64,000 nt of DNA from Deltaproteobacteria bacterium (GTDB taxonomy: Bacteria; Desulfobacterota; Desulfobulbia; Desulfobulbales; Desulfurivibrionaceae), in the NCBI GenBank assembly GCA_013349285.1, contig DUZU01000005.1, positions 19,772 through 83,771 on the forward strand. Direction: 5' to 3'. Below are positions 7,920-16,826 of the stretch, piece by piece. The notes below the pieces were generated by a model. That model searched no databases. It saw nothing but the letters and a program-made list of their open reading frames with translations, and was not told where the DNA came from. The translations under genes and the position numbers were made by a program. Position 1 is the stretch's first letter. Every line of letters begins with the position of its first letter.

Positions 7920-9761
7920 ATGAGCAGTCGCGAATCCATCAGTATATTCGGTGTCAGCGCCTCGCCGGGAATCGTTATCGGTCCAGTGCTTTTTCTGGGG
8001 CGGCGACGCTTTCGGCGGCCTGACCACCGCTGTCTCGACGTCTCTGAGGTCGGTGTCGAGGTGGAGCGTTTTCAAGGGGTGGTCGACAGGGTAGAGGAGC
8101 AGCTGCGCGAGATTCGGCAACAGTTTATCTCCAGCCTTGACGGTTATGCCTCGATCATCGACAGTCATCTCCTGATGCTTAGGGACCGGATGCTTTATGA
8201 TCGGACCATTGCCATCATTGAGCAGGAAAAAAAGGATGCGGAGTGGGCTCTTGATATCGCCCTGAATGAGGCGCGCGAAATTTTTTCACAAATAGATGAT
8301 CCTTATCTGCGGGAGCGGGTCCATGATGTGGAGCAGGTTGCCGAGCGGGTGTTTCGCCTGCTTGCCGGCCGGACTGAAGATAAATTTGCCGCAATCGATA
8401 AAAAGGTGATTATCGCCGCCCGTGATTTTGCCCCCGAGGATATTCTCAGGATGCGAAATGATCAGGTGCTCGGTTTTTTTACGGAAAAGGGCGGCGAGAC
8501 CTCCCATACCGCCATTGTTGCCCGAACCCTGGGGATCCCTGCCGTGGTCGGGGCCGAAGAGGCTGTGCGCCAGGTCGTCGACGGGGAGACTGTGGTCCTT
8601 GACGGTATCAGCGGCAGGATAATCCTTTCGCCCTCCCGGGAACAGCTTGACCAGTATTATGAGCATCAGCGCCAGTATCGACAGTACAGCGAACAGGTTG
8701 CGCTTTATGCCCATTTGTCGCCGGAAACCCCTGATGGGCTAAAGGTTCGGGTTGAGGCGAACATCGAGATGGTCGAGGAGGCGATTCAGGCCATCTCCTA
8801 CGGGGCGGGTGGCATTGGCCTTTTTCGGAGCGAGTATCATTATCTCGGCCGCAGTAAGTTGCCTGATGAAGGGCTGCTTTTTGAGGTTTATAGGAATATT
8901 CTTACCGCCATTTCCCCTTTTGCCGTAACGATCAGGACCTTGGATATCGGCGGCGATAAGCTGCCGGCCGGCGATAAAGGCGGCGAGGCCAACCCGGCCT
9001 TGGGCTTACGGGCCATCCGGTTGTCGCTGCGCGATCCGCTGATGTTCAAGACCCAGCTCAGGGCCTTGCTCAGGGCGAGTGTATACGGCAATCTGCGGAT
9101 CATGTTTCCGATGATTGCATCCATGGGGGAGGTGCTGGCGGTCAAGGGCTATCTGGCCGAGGTTATGGCCGAACTTGCCGGGCAGAAGATTCCTTTTAAC
9201 GAGCAGGTTCCCATCGGGATCATGATTGAGGTGCCCGGCGCCGTATCCATTGCCGATGTTCTGGCAAAAGAGGTCGATTTTTTCAGTATCGGCACCAATG
9301 ATCTTATTCAGTATGCCCTGGCCATCGATCGGGGCAACGAGAATGTGGCCCATATGTACGAACCGTTTCATCCCGCCGTGCTGCGGATGATCAGGCAGGT
9401 GGTCGAGGCCGGCCACGAAGCCGGGATCGAGGTCGGCATGTGCGGCGAGATGGCCGGAGATATGAGTTGCCTGCCGGTTTTGCTGGGCCTGGGCCTTGAT
9501 CAGCTCAGCATGAACTCAATGGCTATTCCTTATGTGAAGCGGATGATCCGCCACAGCATCGCGGAAGAGGCGGAGCAATTGGCGGCGTCGATTTTTCGAT
9601 GTGCGTCATCCCGGGAGGTCTATGACCTTCTGGGCGAGTATTTGCCCCGTCATTATCCTGATGAATTCGGGCCGGGCGGCATCAGAACCCTGCGTAAGTC
9701 CGGTGGGCTAAGGACGGTTGCCGATAATAAACAAGGTATGGACCGAGCGAGAATACTATGA
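7920..9761 (+). CDS. ptsI: phosphoenolpyruvate-protein phosphotransferase (PTS enzyme I)
   Basis: ORF 7908-9761. The ATG at 7920 gives the canonical MSS...IFGVSASPGIVIG start. Phospho-His context GGETSHTAIVAR and PEP-binding C-domain motifs (FRSEY, GTNDLIQY, CGEMAG). Confidence 0.95.
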   Translation: MSSRESISIFGVSASPGIVIGPVLFLGRRRFRRPDHRCLDVSEVGVEVERFQGVVDRVEEQLREIRQQFISSLDGYASIIDSHLLMLRDRMLYDRTIAIIEQEKKDAEWALDIALNEAREIFSQIDDPYLRERVHDVEQVAERVFRLLAGRTEDKFAAIDKKVIIAARDFAPEDILRMRNDQVLGFFTEKGGETSHTAIVARTLGIPAVVGAEEAVRQVVDGETVVLDGISGRIILSPSREQLDQYYEHQRQYRQYSEQVALYAHLSPETPDGLKVRVEANIEMVEEAIQAISYGAGGIGLFRSEYHYLGRSKLPDEGLLFEVYRNILTAISPFAVTIRTLDIGGDKLPAGDKGGEANPALGLRAIRLSLRDPLMFKTQLRALLRASVYGNLRIMFPMIASMGEVLAVKGYLAEVMAELAGQKIPFNEQVPIGIMIEVPGAVSIADVLAKEVDFFSIGTNDLIQYALAIDRGNENVAHMYEPFHPAVLRMIRQVVEAGHEAGIEVGMCGEMAGDMSCLPVLLGLGLDQLSMNSMAIPYVKRMIRHSIAEEAEQLAASIFRCASSREVYDLLGEYLPRHYPDEFGPGGIRTLRKSGGLRTVADNKQGMDRARIL

Positions 9762-10759
9762 GTAAAACAGGGGGCGAACGGGCAATCATATCTCGGATCA
9801 GGGGGCTGATTCCGGGAGGGAGCGGTGATCTCGTCAAGGGAATCGGTGACGATTGCGCCATTCTTAAAGCCGGCCCGGGTCGACTCAATCTTGTCACCCT
9901 CGATACCCTGGTGCAGGGGGTGCATTTTGATCCGGCCTGGCATCCGGCCCATGAGTTGGGGCGCAAGTCCGCTTCGGTTAATATCAGCGACATTGCCGCC
10001 ATGGGCGCCTCACCCCGTTTTGCGCTGCTCTCGCTGGCCCTGCCCCGGGCGGTGTCAAAGGAGTGGGTCGAGTCATTCATGGCCGGTTTTCTTGAGGTGT
10101 TAACCGAGTTCGGCGCGGTGTTGATCGGCGGTGATACCGTGGCCAGCGGCCATGAGATTGTGTTGTCGATCACCATGTTCGGCGAGGTGGCCGAGACCGA
10201 GGTGTTGACCAGGGATACCGCCAAGGTGGATGATCTGGTGCTGGTGGGCGGTTTTTTGGGTGAGGCGGCTGCCGGTCTTGATCTTTGTCGGATGGGGCAG
10301 GGCGGGGCTGCGCAATGGCAACCGTTGGTCAAGGCTCATCTTGACCCCACTCCCCAGGTCGAACTGGGCCGGGTTCTGGCCCGGAGCGGACTGGTACATG
10401 CCATGCTGGATCTCTCCGACGGCCTGGCCACCGACCTTGCCCATGTCTGCGCGGAAAGCAAGGTGGGGGCCGAAGTGGTGGCCGAGGAGGTGCCCCTGAG
10501 CGATCTGCTCAGAAAGGCGGCGAGTTTTTGTGGCCGCTCTCCCCTTGAGTGGGCGCTTGCCGGCGGCGAGGATTATCAACTGTTGTTTACCGTTGCCCCT
10601 GATAATGAGCAGCGGCTGCGGACTCTTGTCGCGGAGCAACTGGGGGGCGTCCTGTATTGCGTGGGCAGGATTGTCGAGGGGGCCGGGGTAACCATGATTT
10701 CGGCGGACGGCAGTCGCCGGGAGATCAGTTATCAGGGCTTTGAGCATTTTGCCGGGTGA
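9758..10759 (+). CDS. thiL: thiamine-monophosphate kinase
   Basis: 333 aa with GIGDDCAIL, SDIAAMGA, GGD and DLSDGL motifs of the ThiL/PurM superfamily. ATGA overlap with the ptsI stop. Confidence 0.9.
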   Translation: MSKTGGERAIISRIRGLIPGGSGDLVKGIGDDCAILKAGPGRLNLVTLDTLVQGVHFDPAWHPAHELGRKSASVNISDIAAMGASPRFALLSLALPRAVSKEWVESFMAGFLEVLTEFGAVLIGGDTVASGHEIVLSITMFGEVAETEVLTRDTAKVDDLVLVGGFLGEAAAGLDLCRMGQGGAAQWQPLVKAHLDPTPQVELGRVLARSGLVHAMLDLSDGLATDLAHVCAESKVGAEVVAEEVPLSDLLRKAASFCGRSPLEWALAGGEDYQLLFTVAPDNEQRLRTLVAEQLGGVLYCVGRIVEGAGVTMISADGSRREISYQGFEHFAG

Positions 10760-10868
10760 GTTGTTTTATCCTTAAAAGAATGGTGTTTGGCAAAAGCAAA
10801 AAGATAACTCATTGGCGCCGTGAAAGTCTGGCGGGATGAGGCTGCTGCTCATCGGATAAGCTGGTTTA

Positions 10869-11915
10869 TTATTGATCCATGGTTTCGGCGTTTATTGATT
10901 TGTCCAGCAGCTGGTAGGCCTTTTCATAGGCTGCCGCCGCGTCCTGGAATTTATCGTTTTTTTGCAGCATATTGCCCAGCATGGCCATCGTTTGATGATT
11001 GTTGATGTGGGTTTTGCTCAAAATTTGCGCGGCGGCCAGGGCTTCGGTCAATTGGCCCTGGTCGGCCAGCAGTTGAGTTTGGCAGAGTTTGCCGCGTAAT
11101 GATTCGGGGTTAATCGCCATTGCTTTTTCTATATACTCTTTGGCCTTGGCATGCTGGTTGATTTCAAGATGAAGGCAACCCAGTTCGATGTTGACCACCG
11201 GTGAATCAGGGGTAAACTGCAGGGCGGTTATGAATTGCCGGATGGCAGCTTCGGTATCCCTTCTTTTTTCCATAATAAAGCCAGCTTCCATATGGTACTT
11301 TGCTTTTTTTTCTTCAGGCGTCAGCTCCGTCATTTTCAGGGCTTCTTCCTCTTCCGCCAATTGACTGCGGGTTTTTTCTCCCAAAAGAATTTCCACCTCT
11401 TCTTTTAGTTTGGAAACGGTATTGCGGCTGTATCCCATCCCGAATATCGCTTTGCCGGTTCGGTCAATAAGTAATACCGTGGGCATGACATAAACGCCGA
11501 GGCTGTTGTAGGCCTCCCTGTTGTCGTCGAGATAGATAGGGATTAAGTCATCGATAGCCAGGGAAACGGCCATGATTTTTTCAGGCTGATCACCCTGGAT
11601 ATTGATCGCAATAACCCTGGTTTGGTGTTGTTTGAAAAAATCGAGTTGTTCCTTGACTTCTTTTAGGATTGCGGTGGAACGTTGCTCTTTAAGCGGCAGA
11701 TCAGCGCCCCAGAAGATGATAGCCATCGGGTTGCCTTTTAGTTGGCCTGACGAAAGCGATTCCCCGGTTTTGAACTCTTGCAGTTTAAATGACGGCATGG
11801 TTTCGCCCGGCTGTAGATCCCTGAACGGGAAAGCGAGGCAGGGCGAGGCAAAAAGGGCCATAAGTAAAAAAGAACATATGGCCCAAACAAAAGGTTTGGG
11901 ATGGGGATAAGTCAT
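10869..11915 (-). CDS. secreted thioredoxin-fold (redoxin-like) domain fused to TPR repeats; no CxxC
   Basis: Signal peptide present. Redoxin-like N-half in which the expected FW-x-x-WC-x-PC site reads IIFWGADLPLKEQ. C-terminal TPR-like helical repeats. Confidence 0.7.
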   Translation of the reverse strand: MTYPHPKPFVWAICSFLLMALFASPCLAFPFRDLQPGETMPSFKLQEFKTGESLSSGQLKGNPMAIIFWGADLPLKEQRSTAILKEVKEQLDFFKQHQTRVIAINIQGDQPEKIMAVSLAIDDLIPIYLDDNREAYNSLGVYVMPTVLLIDRTGKAIFGMGYSRNTVSKLKEEVEILLGEKTRSQLAEEEEALKMTELTPEEKKAKYHMEAGFIMEKRRDTEAAIRQFITALQFTPDSPVVNIELGCLHLEINQHAKAKEYIEKAMAINPESLRGKLCQTQLLADQGQLTEALAAAQILSKTHINNHQTMAMLGNMLQKNDKFQDAAAAYEKAYQLLDKSINAETMDQ

Positions 11916-11933
11916 GGTTTTTGTTTAGAACAA

Positions 11934-13748
11934 TTATGAGCTGGTTTCGGTGGCGGGCGACTGTTTTTGCCAGCGACTTAAAGCGAGTGAGCCCAGGGCC
12001 GCGGCCGCTCCGAAGGAAAAAACGCTCAAGACGAGCGGGACGCCGCTTATCTCAAAAAGGTCGTACCCGAATACCTTAGCCGCGCCCACGATAAAAACCG
12101 CAAGGGCGGTGCCGAGCAGGTCTTTATTCTTATTTTTGATTCCCATCAGTATCAACAAGAACGCGCCGCCGTTGATAAAGATCGAGCGCAACCCGGTTAT
12201 TATATTGTTGAAATCAGCAGGGTCGGGAGTGATGATCAACATCGCGACCTGCTGCAACATATAGAAGCCATAAGTCAAGGAGGCAATCAACATGGCAATG
12301 GCCGAGTAATCTTTTTTATCGATGATGCCAAAGAAACCGTTGCCGGCCACCAGGAATTTTTTTCGGCTCATATAATAATGGAAACCGCTCAGCAGCATCA
12401 TGGCGGTGGTGACAGTTAGGGTAAAAGGAGAGATGTCAGCGTGTTGGATGGCGAACGCCCCCGATAACACCCCGGTTGCACAAGCGATAATCTGGAGAAG
12501 ATAAGAGCTCAGGCGAATGCCGCCGATTTTGCTATGCCAGGAAAGTTTGAGCAGGAGTAACGCCCCGATTGACCAAAGGGAAATGGCGATGAGCAGGTTT
12601 TGGGTGATCGTCGGGGCGGCGGCAAGAAAAACCGCGACGCTTGCCACCGTGAAGGTGTTGGCGCTGACAGCGTCAACCGGTGTTTTTCTGGTGGCGAAAA
12701 ATGCGGTGGTGAACAGGATTGCGGCCCAGATAATGCCTCCAGCTCCAACCGTTGTTTCGATATGCAGCCAGGGGATTAATACGGTCTGGGTCATCATGTA
12801 AAAGGTTAAACCGGTGACCGTGGGAATAAGGGTGTCGAGGATGGTGAGTTGTTTCAGGCGAAATCCCCGGTGCACCGTCATTAAGAAAAAGGCAAGGGTG
12901 TATGCGGCAATCAAGGGCACAAACCAGTTCGGGTTGGCCAAGGTCGGAACGGCAAGTTTTTTGTCAAAGGTGTTGTAAAGTACGATCAGCCAATGGGTCC
13001 AGAAAACCCCGGTTGTAAAAAGCATGGTCCAGCGGGTCAGTTCTTTGCGGTCTGGCTTATTGGCAACGAGAAAGGCGGCAAGGTTGGCTATTAAAAGGAA
13101 GCAGGCCTGGACCAGGAAATTTGGTGTTTGAAAATCCAGGATAAAGGTGCAGCAGGAGGCGCCGATAATGCCGACAGAGGCCAATAATGGAAATTCGTAA
13201 TTGTGGCCGATGGCCACCATCGCGGCCATCGTTGCCAATAAAATCGAGTATGCCACCGGGGATGAGATGGCGGCAAAGCGGGCATGGGTTTCTAAGATAA
13301 TGATAAACATCAGAATGCCGCCGGACATTGGGAATACCGGTCCTATTCTATTTTTCCCGGCAATAAGGCGCCAACCTAAAAAGATCAGGCCAATCGCATA
13401 AGCCACGCCGATAACGGAGCCGGTATGGCGGGCAATAATCTCGCTGTTGGTAAGGGTGCGCAGGAGCAGGGCGATGACCAGGGTAAATGATACGGATGCA
13501 ATTCTTGGCAGTAATGATGCTTTGCCGAGCCAGGTCCAAAAGTCATCCCCGGCCGGCGCTGCTGGTTCACTATTTTCTGGCGGCGAAGCGGTATCTTCAA
13601 GGGCGGTTGCCGTGTAGGTTGCGGCAAGGCCTGATGCCAATTGTTCTTCGATTATGGTGATTCTGGTTTTTAGTTTTTCGATTTCAGCCGTTTGTTTTTC
13701 CAGCAGGTTTTCCAGAGAATTGTCAGCCATGGGGAATAAGTGCTCCAA
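11934..13748 (-). CDS. large polytopic membrane protein (DUF2339-like architecture)
   Basis: 604 aa. N-terminal coiled-coil (LEKQTAEIEKLKTRITIIEEQL) followed by more than 15 hydrophobic helices. Confidence 0.7.
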   Translation of the reverse strand: MEHLFPMADNSLENLLEKQTAEIEKLKTRITIIEEQLASGLAATYTATALEDTASPPENSEPAAPAGDDFWTWLGKASLLPRIASVSFTLVIALLLRTLTNSEIIARHTGSVIGVAYAIGLIFLGWRLIAGKNRIGPVFPMSGGILMFIIILETHARFAAISSPVAYSILLATMAAMVAIGHNYEFPLLASVGIIGASCCTFILDFQTPNFLVQACFLLIANLAAFLVANKPDRKELTRWTMLFTTGVFWTHWLIVLYNTFDKKLAVPTLANPNWFVPLIAAYTLAFFLMTVHRGFRLKQLTILDTLIPTVTGLTFYMMTQTVLIPWLHIETTVGAGGIIWAAILFTTAFFATRKTPVDAVSANTFTVASVAVFLAAAPTITQNLLIAISLWSIGALLLLKLSWHSKIGGIRLSSYLLQIIACATGVLSGAFAIQHADISPFTLTVTTAMMLLSGFHYYMSRKKFLVAGNGFFGIIDKKDYSAIAMLIASLTYGFYMLQQVAMLIITPDPADFNNIITGLRSIFINGGAFLLILMGIKNKNKDLLGTALAVFIVGAAKVFGYDLFEISGVPLVLSVFSFGAAAALGSLALSRWQKQSPATETSS

Positions 13749-13809
13749 CTACTAGAATTTTATTGGTTTTAGCTTTTTTAAGTTGTATATGCACCCGTCG
13801 GCATATCAC

Positions 13810-13849
13810 TTAAATTGATTCAAATTGATTCAAATTGATCCAAGATGAT
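13810..13849. repeat. four phased 10-bp tandem repeats (TCAAATTGAT-like)
   Basis: The four units are ttaaattgat, tcaaattgat, tcaaattgat and ccaagatgat. Each core TCAA-A-TTGA is itself palindromic. Lies 62-101 bp upstream of the 13748 start codon. Confidence 0.8.
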
Positions 13850-13991
13850 CACTTTCATAAAAAAAACAGACACTGATACTTGCCTCTATACCACGATGTA
13901 GTATCGACGCAAGTATTTTTTTTAACGGAAAGATAGGTGGGTTACCGCATTTGTCCGGTTTCTTTTTTTGTGATTTTTTGTAAAAAAAATC

Positions 13992-14019
13992 TTGCTAAGA
14001 TGACACATTGTGGTAATAG
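13992..14019 (+). promoter_or_regulatory. candidate sigma70 promoter for the cytochrome operon
   Basis: TTGCTA (13992-13997), a 16-nt spacer, then TAATAG (14014-14019) preceded by TGG (extended -10-like). Confidence 0.3.
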
Positions 14020-14192
14020 ACAAGGCTATATTTTGGGGAAGATATAGTTCAAAATATCATTTTCTTATTTTGTTCGTTGTATTTACAAAAAATCCATAGT
14101 GGGAGGTGTGTTGTGCCAGAAAAAAATTGCTTTCATGCTCAACGGCTTACAGCGATGAGTAAAGCGCTTAAAAGCCGGCAAAGGGGGGTTCA

Positions 14193-14663
14193 GTGAAAAA
14201 TCATGCATTGCGGCCACTTTGGTTAGCATTGGCCTTGGTGGGTACTATTTTAATTGTACGGCATTTCTTGGTGCCGAAAGATTTCGGGGTCCATGGACGT
14301 AATTTCACCTATGGCTTCCATCGCTTGAGCAGTATTGATGAGTGGAAGGCATTCACCGTCAAATATAAGGGCAAGGAATATTGTGCCGATTGTCATGAGG
14401 AAAAGGTTCAGGAAAACTTGAAGTCAAAGCATCGGGATATCCAGTGTGAGAACTGTCATGGCCCTGCTCTTGAGCATCCTGATAATCCTGAAAAATTGGT
14501 TGTGGAGCGCAGTCGCGAACTGTGTCTTCGTTGCCATGCCAAACTTGAATATCCTAACAGTAATCGTGGTTCCTTAAAGGGTGTTGATCCTGCAAGTCAT
14601 AATCCGGAAGCGGTATGTAGCGAGTGTCACAATCCCCACAAGCCTGATAGGGAGGGATTATAA
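14193..14663 (+). CDS. membrane-anchored tetrahaem cytochrome c
   Basis: GTG start with an AAGGGGGG SD. N-terminal TM helix (LWLALALVGTILIV). Four CxxCH motifs: CADCH, CENCH, CLRCH and CSECH. Confidence 0.85.
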   Translation: MKNHALRPLWLALALVGTILIVRHFLVPKDFGVHGRNFTYGFHRLSSIDEWKAFTVKYKGKEYCADCHEEKVQENLKSKHRDIQCENCHGPALEHPDNPEKLVVERSRELCLRCHAKLEYPNSNRGSLKGVDPASHNPEAVCSECHNPHKPDREGL

Positions 14664-15433
14664 TGAGTTGTTCCAGAAGAAAATTTTTAAAGACGACTAT
14701 CGCGGGAGCCGCAGCGGCCTCCGTGCCTTTGAGCGCCCTTAAGTTTATCAGCCCGGACGAAGTCAGGGCCAGTGTCGGTGATGAAAAAACCCGGTGGGTT
14801 TTCTTGGTTGATACCCAAAAATGCGTAGGCTGCGGTTTTTGCGTTAAGGCCTGCAAGCTGGAAAACGAAGTTCCCTATGATGTACCCGTCACCAGAACCT
14901 GGGTTGAGCGTTATGTCGTTACCCGGGATGGCCAGACCCATATCGATTCACCCGATGGTGGCCGGGAAGGCTATCCCACCGCCAAAATGAATGACGAGGT
15001 TATCGATCCCAAAGAGATCAGCAAGGCATTTTTTGTGCCCAAGCTTTGTAATCAGTGCCAAAACCCGGCCTGTGTTCAGGTGTGCCCGGTTGGCGCGACC
15101 TATCAGACCCTTGATGGGGTGGTGCTGATTGATCGTAAATGGTGTATCGGTTGCGGTTACTGTGTAATGGCCTGTCCTTATGGGGTCCGTTTCTTTCATC
15201 CCGTACACAAGGTGGCTGAAAAATGTACCTTCTGTTACCACCGGATCAGTCAAGGGTTGAAGACCGCCTGTGTCGATGCCTGTTCTTTCGGCGCCCGTCA
15301 GATCGGCAACCTGAAAGATCCCAACGATCCGGTTACCAGGGTGATCATGAATGAGCGAGTGGCTGTGTTGAAGGACGAATATGGAACAAAGCCGCAAGTA
15401 TTTTATATCGGTTTAGATAAGGAAGTGAGGTAA
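14663..15433 (+). CDS. Tat-exported 4x[4Fe-4S] ferredoxin subunit (NrfC/PsrB/DsrO-like)
   Basis: Twin-arginine signal SRRKFLK. Four Cys clusters: CVGCGFCVKAC, CNQCQNPACVQVCP, CIGCGYCVMACP and CTFC...CVDAC. TAATG overlap with the upstream cytochrome gene. Confidence 0.9.
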   Translation: MSCSRRKFLKTTIAGAAAASVPLSALKFISPDEVRASVGDEKTRWVFLVDTQKCVGCGFCVKACKLENEVPYDVPVTRTWVERYVVTRDGQTHIDSPDGGREGYPTAKMNDEVIDPKEISKAFFVPKLCNQCQNPACVQVCPVGATYQTLDGVVLIDRKWCIGCGYCVMACPYGVRFFHPVHKVAEKCTFCYHRISQGLKTACVDACSFGARQIGNLKDPNDPVTRVIMNERVAVLKDEYGTKPQVFYIGLDKEVR

Positions 15434-15436
15434 CCA

Positions 15437-16690
15437 ATGGAAGAATTATTCGTACATGGTTTAGAGTGGACGACAAAAGATCTTTTTTGTTATCCCAACG
15501 AGTTTATTTATTGGAGTATTCAGATCGTCATGTATCCGTATATGACTGGTCTGGTTGCCGGTGCCTTTGTTCTGTCCTCTCTGTATCATGTTTTCGGTCA
15601 AGAGGATCTCAAGGATATCGCCCGCTTTTCTCTGGTTTTTTCATTGGCGCTCTTGCCGGTTGCCGCCATGCCGTTGCTTATGCATCTGCAGCAGACCCTG
15701 CGTGCTATTGAGCCTCTGCTGACTCCGCATTTCACTTCGGCGATCGCGGCCTTCGGGATTGTTTTTTCATCCTATGCCCTGATTGTTATCAGTGAAATCT
15801 GGTTTGTCTACCGGGAGTTCATCGTCGCCCAGGTTGAAGCGTTGAAAGATAAGCCGGGTGCCGGCAACGCTGTCATGCGTTTCCTCTATCGGGGGATGAC
15901 CATGGGTGCTTATGACGTGAGTGAAAAAGCCATTGCCACCGATCATCGGGCCGTGAAAATTCTTGCTGCCATCGGTATCCCGGTGGCCTGTTTTCTCCAT
16001 GGTTATGCCGGTTTCATCTTTGGCTCGGTCAAGGCCAACGCCCTGTGGATGTCACCGCTGATGCCGGTTATTTTCATTATGTCCGCGGTTGTTTCCGGTA
16101 TTGCTCTTTGTATGCTTACTTATATCGTGATTATGGAGTGGAAGAAGTTTTCCACTACCTTGGCCCGGGGCCGTGGGGATCAGGCCGTGAAAGTGCTCGG
16201 CGGAGTGGAGCTTGATGTTATCAAAAAGACCTCCCGCTACCTGCTCGGTTTCTTGATCGCCGCTATTTCTCTTGAGCTTCTTGACTTGATCTTCCGCGGT
16301 TATACCGCCATGAAGTCTTGGGATATCCTGCGCTCGGTAATGTACGGCAAAGATTTCATTAATATTTTTGTGCTGCAGTACGGTCTTGGCAACCTGGTGC
16401 CTTTCACCCTGTTGTTGTTGCCGAAGATGACGATCAGGCGGATGGTTGTTGCCCTCTGTCTCGTTCTGTACGGCGTATTCATGATGCGTTGGAACGTAGT
16501 TATCGGCGGTCAGGCCTTCTCTCTCTCTTTTGCCGGTTATATGCATTATCACCTGCCTATCATCCCGCATAACCTTGAGACATTTAAAGAAGGACTTTTC
16601 GGCGCCCTTACTGTTGCCGTTACCCCGTTTCTGTTGTTCTGGGGAATCAACAAGATCATTCCTTGTCTGAATGTGCCGAAAATTGATTAG
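15437..16690 (+). CDS. NrfD/PsrC/DsrP-family integral membrane quinone-interacting subunit
   Basis: 417 aa with about 10 predicted TM helices. Immediately follows the NrfC-like gene, the canonical NrfCD pairing. Confidence 0.85.
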   Translation: MEELFVHGLEWTTKDLFCYPNEFIYWSIQIVMYPYMTGLVAGAFVLSSLYHVFGQEDLKDIARFSLVFSLALLPVAAMPLLMHLQQTLRAIEPLLTPHFTSAIAAFGIVFSSYALIVISEIWFVYREFIVAQVEALKDKPGAGNAVMRFLYRGMTMGAYDVSEKAIATDHRAVKILAAIGIPVACFLHGYAGFIFGSVKANALWMSPLMPVIFIMSAVVSGIALCMLTYIVIMEWKKFSTTLARGRGDQAVKVLGGVELDVIKKTSRYLLGFLIAAISLELLDLIFRGYTAMKSWDILRSVMYGKDFINIFVLQYGLGNLVPFTLLLLPKMTIRRMVVALCLVLYGVFMMRWNVVIGGQAFSLSFAGYMHYHLPIIPHNLETFKEGLFGALTVAVTPFLLFWGINKIIPCLNVPKID

Positions 16691-16746
16691 ACTTATCGTA
16701 TTATGACAAGCGGGTGGTGAGGCACCTTTGTTTGTTGGCAAGAAAA

Positions 16747-16778
16747 GGCTGTCCCTGAAAAGGGGCAGCCTTTTTTTT
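16747..16778 (+). terminator. intrinsic terminator of the cytochrome/NrfCD operon
   Basis: Stem ggctgtccc / ggggcagcc (one G-U pair), loop tgaaaa, then a T8 run. Confidence 0.8.
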
Positions 16779-16791
16779 GTGTTGTCTCGTT

Positions 16792-16826
16792 CTAAAATAA
16801 GTTTACTTCTAGAAGACTTATTTTAG
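16792..16826. repeat. 35-bp nested palindrome
   Basis: Perfect 11-bp arms ctaaaataagt / acttattttag enclose a second palindrome, cttctagaag. Confidence 0.7.

Noticed and set aside
13810-13849. The tandem repeat interpreted as a CRISPR array or minisatellite.
   Set aside because: The units are only 10 bp, contiguous and without spacers, and no cas genes are present. A regulatory site array fits better.
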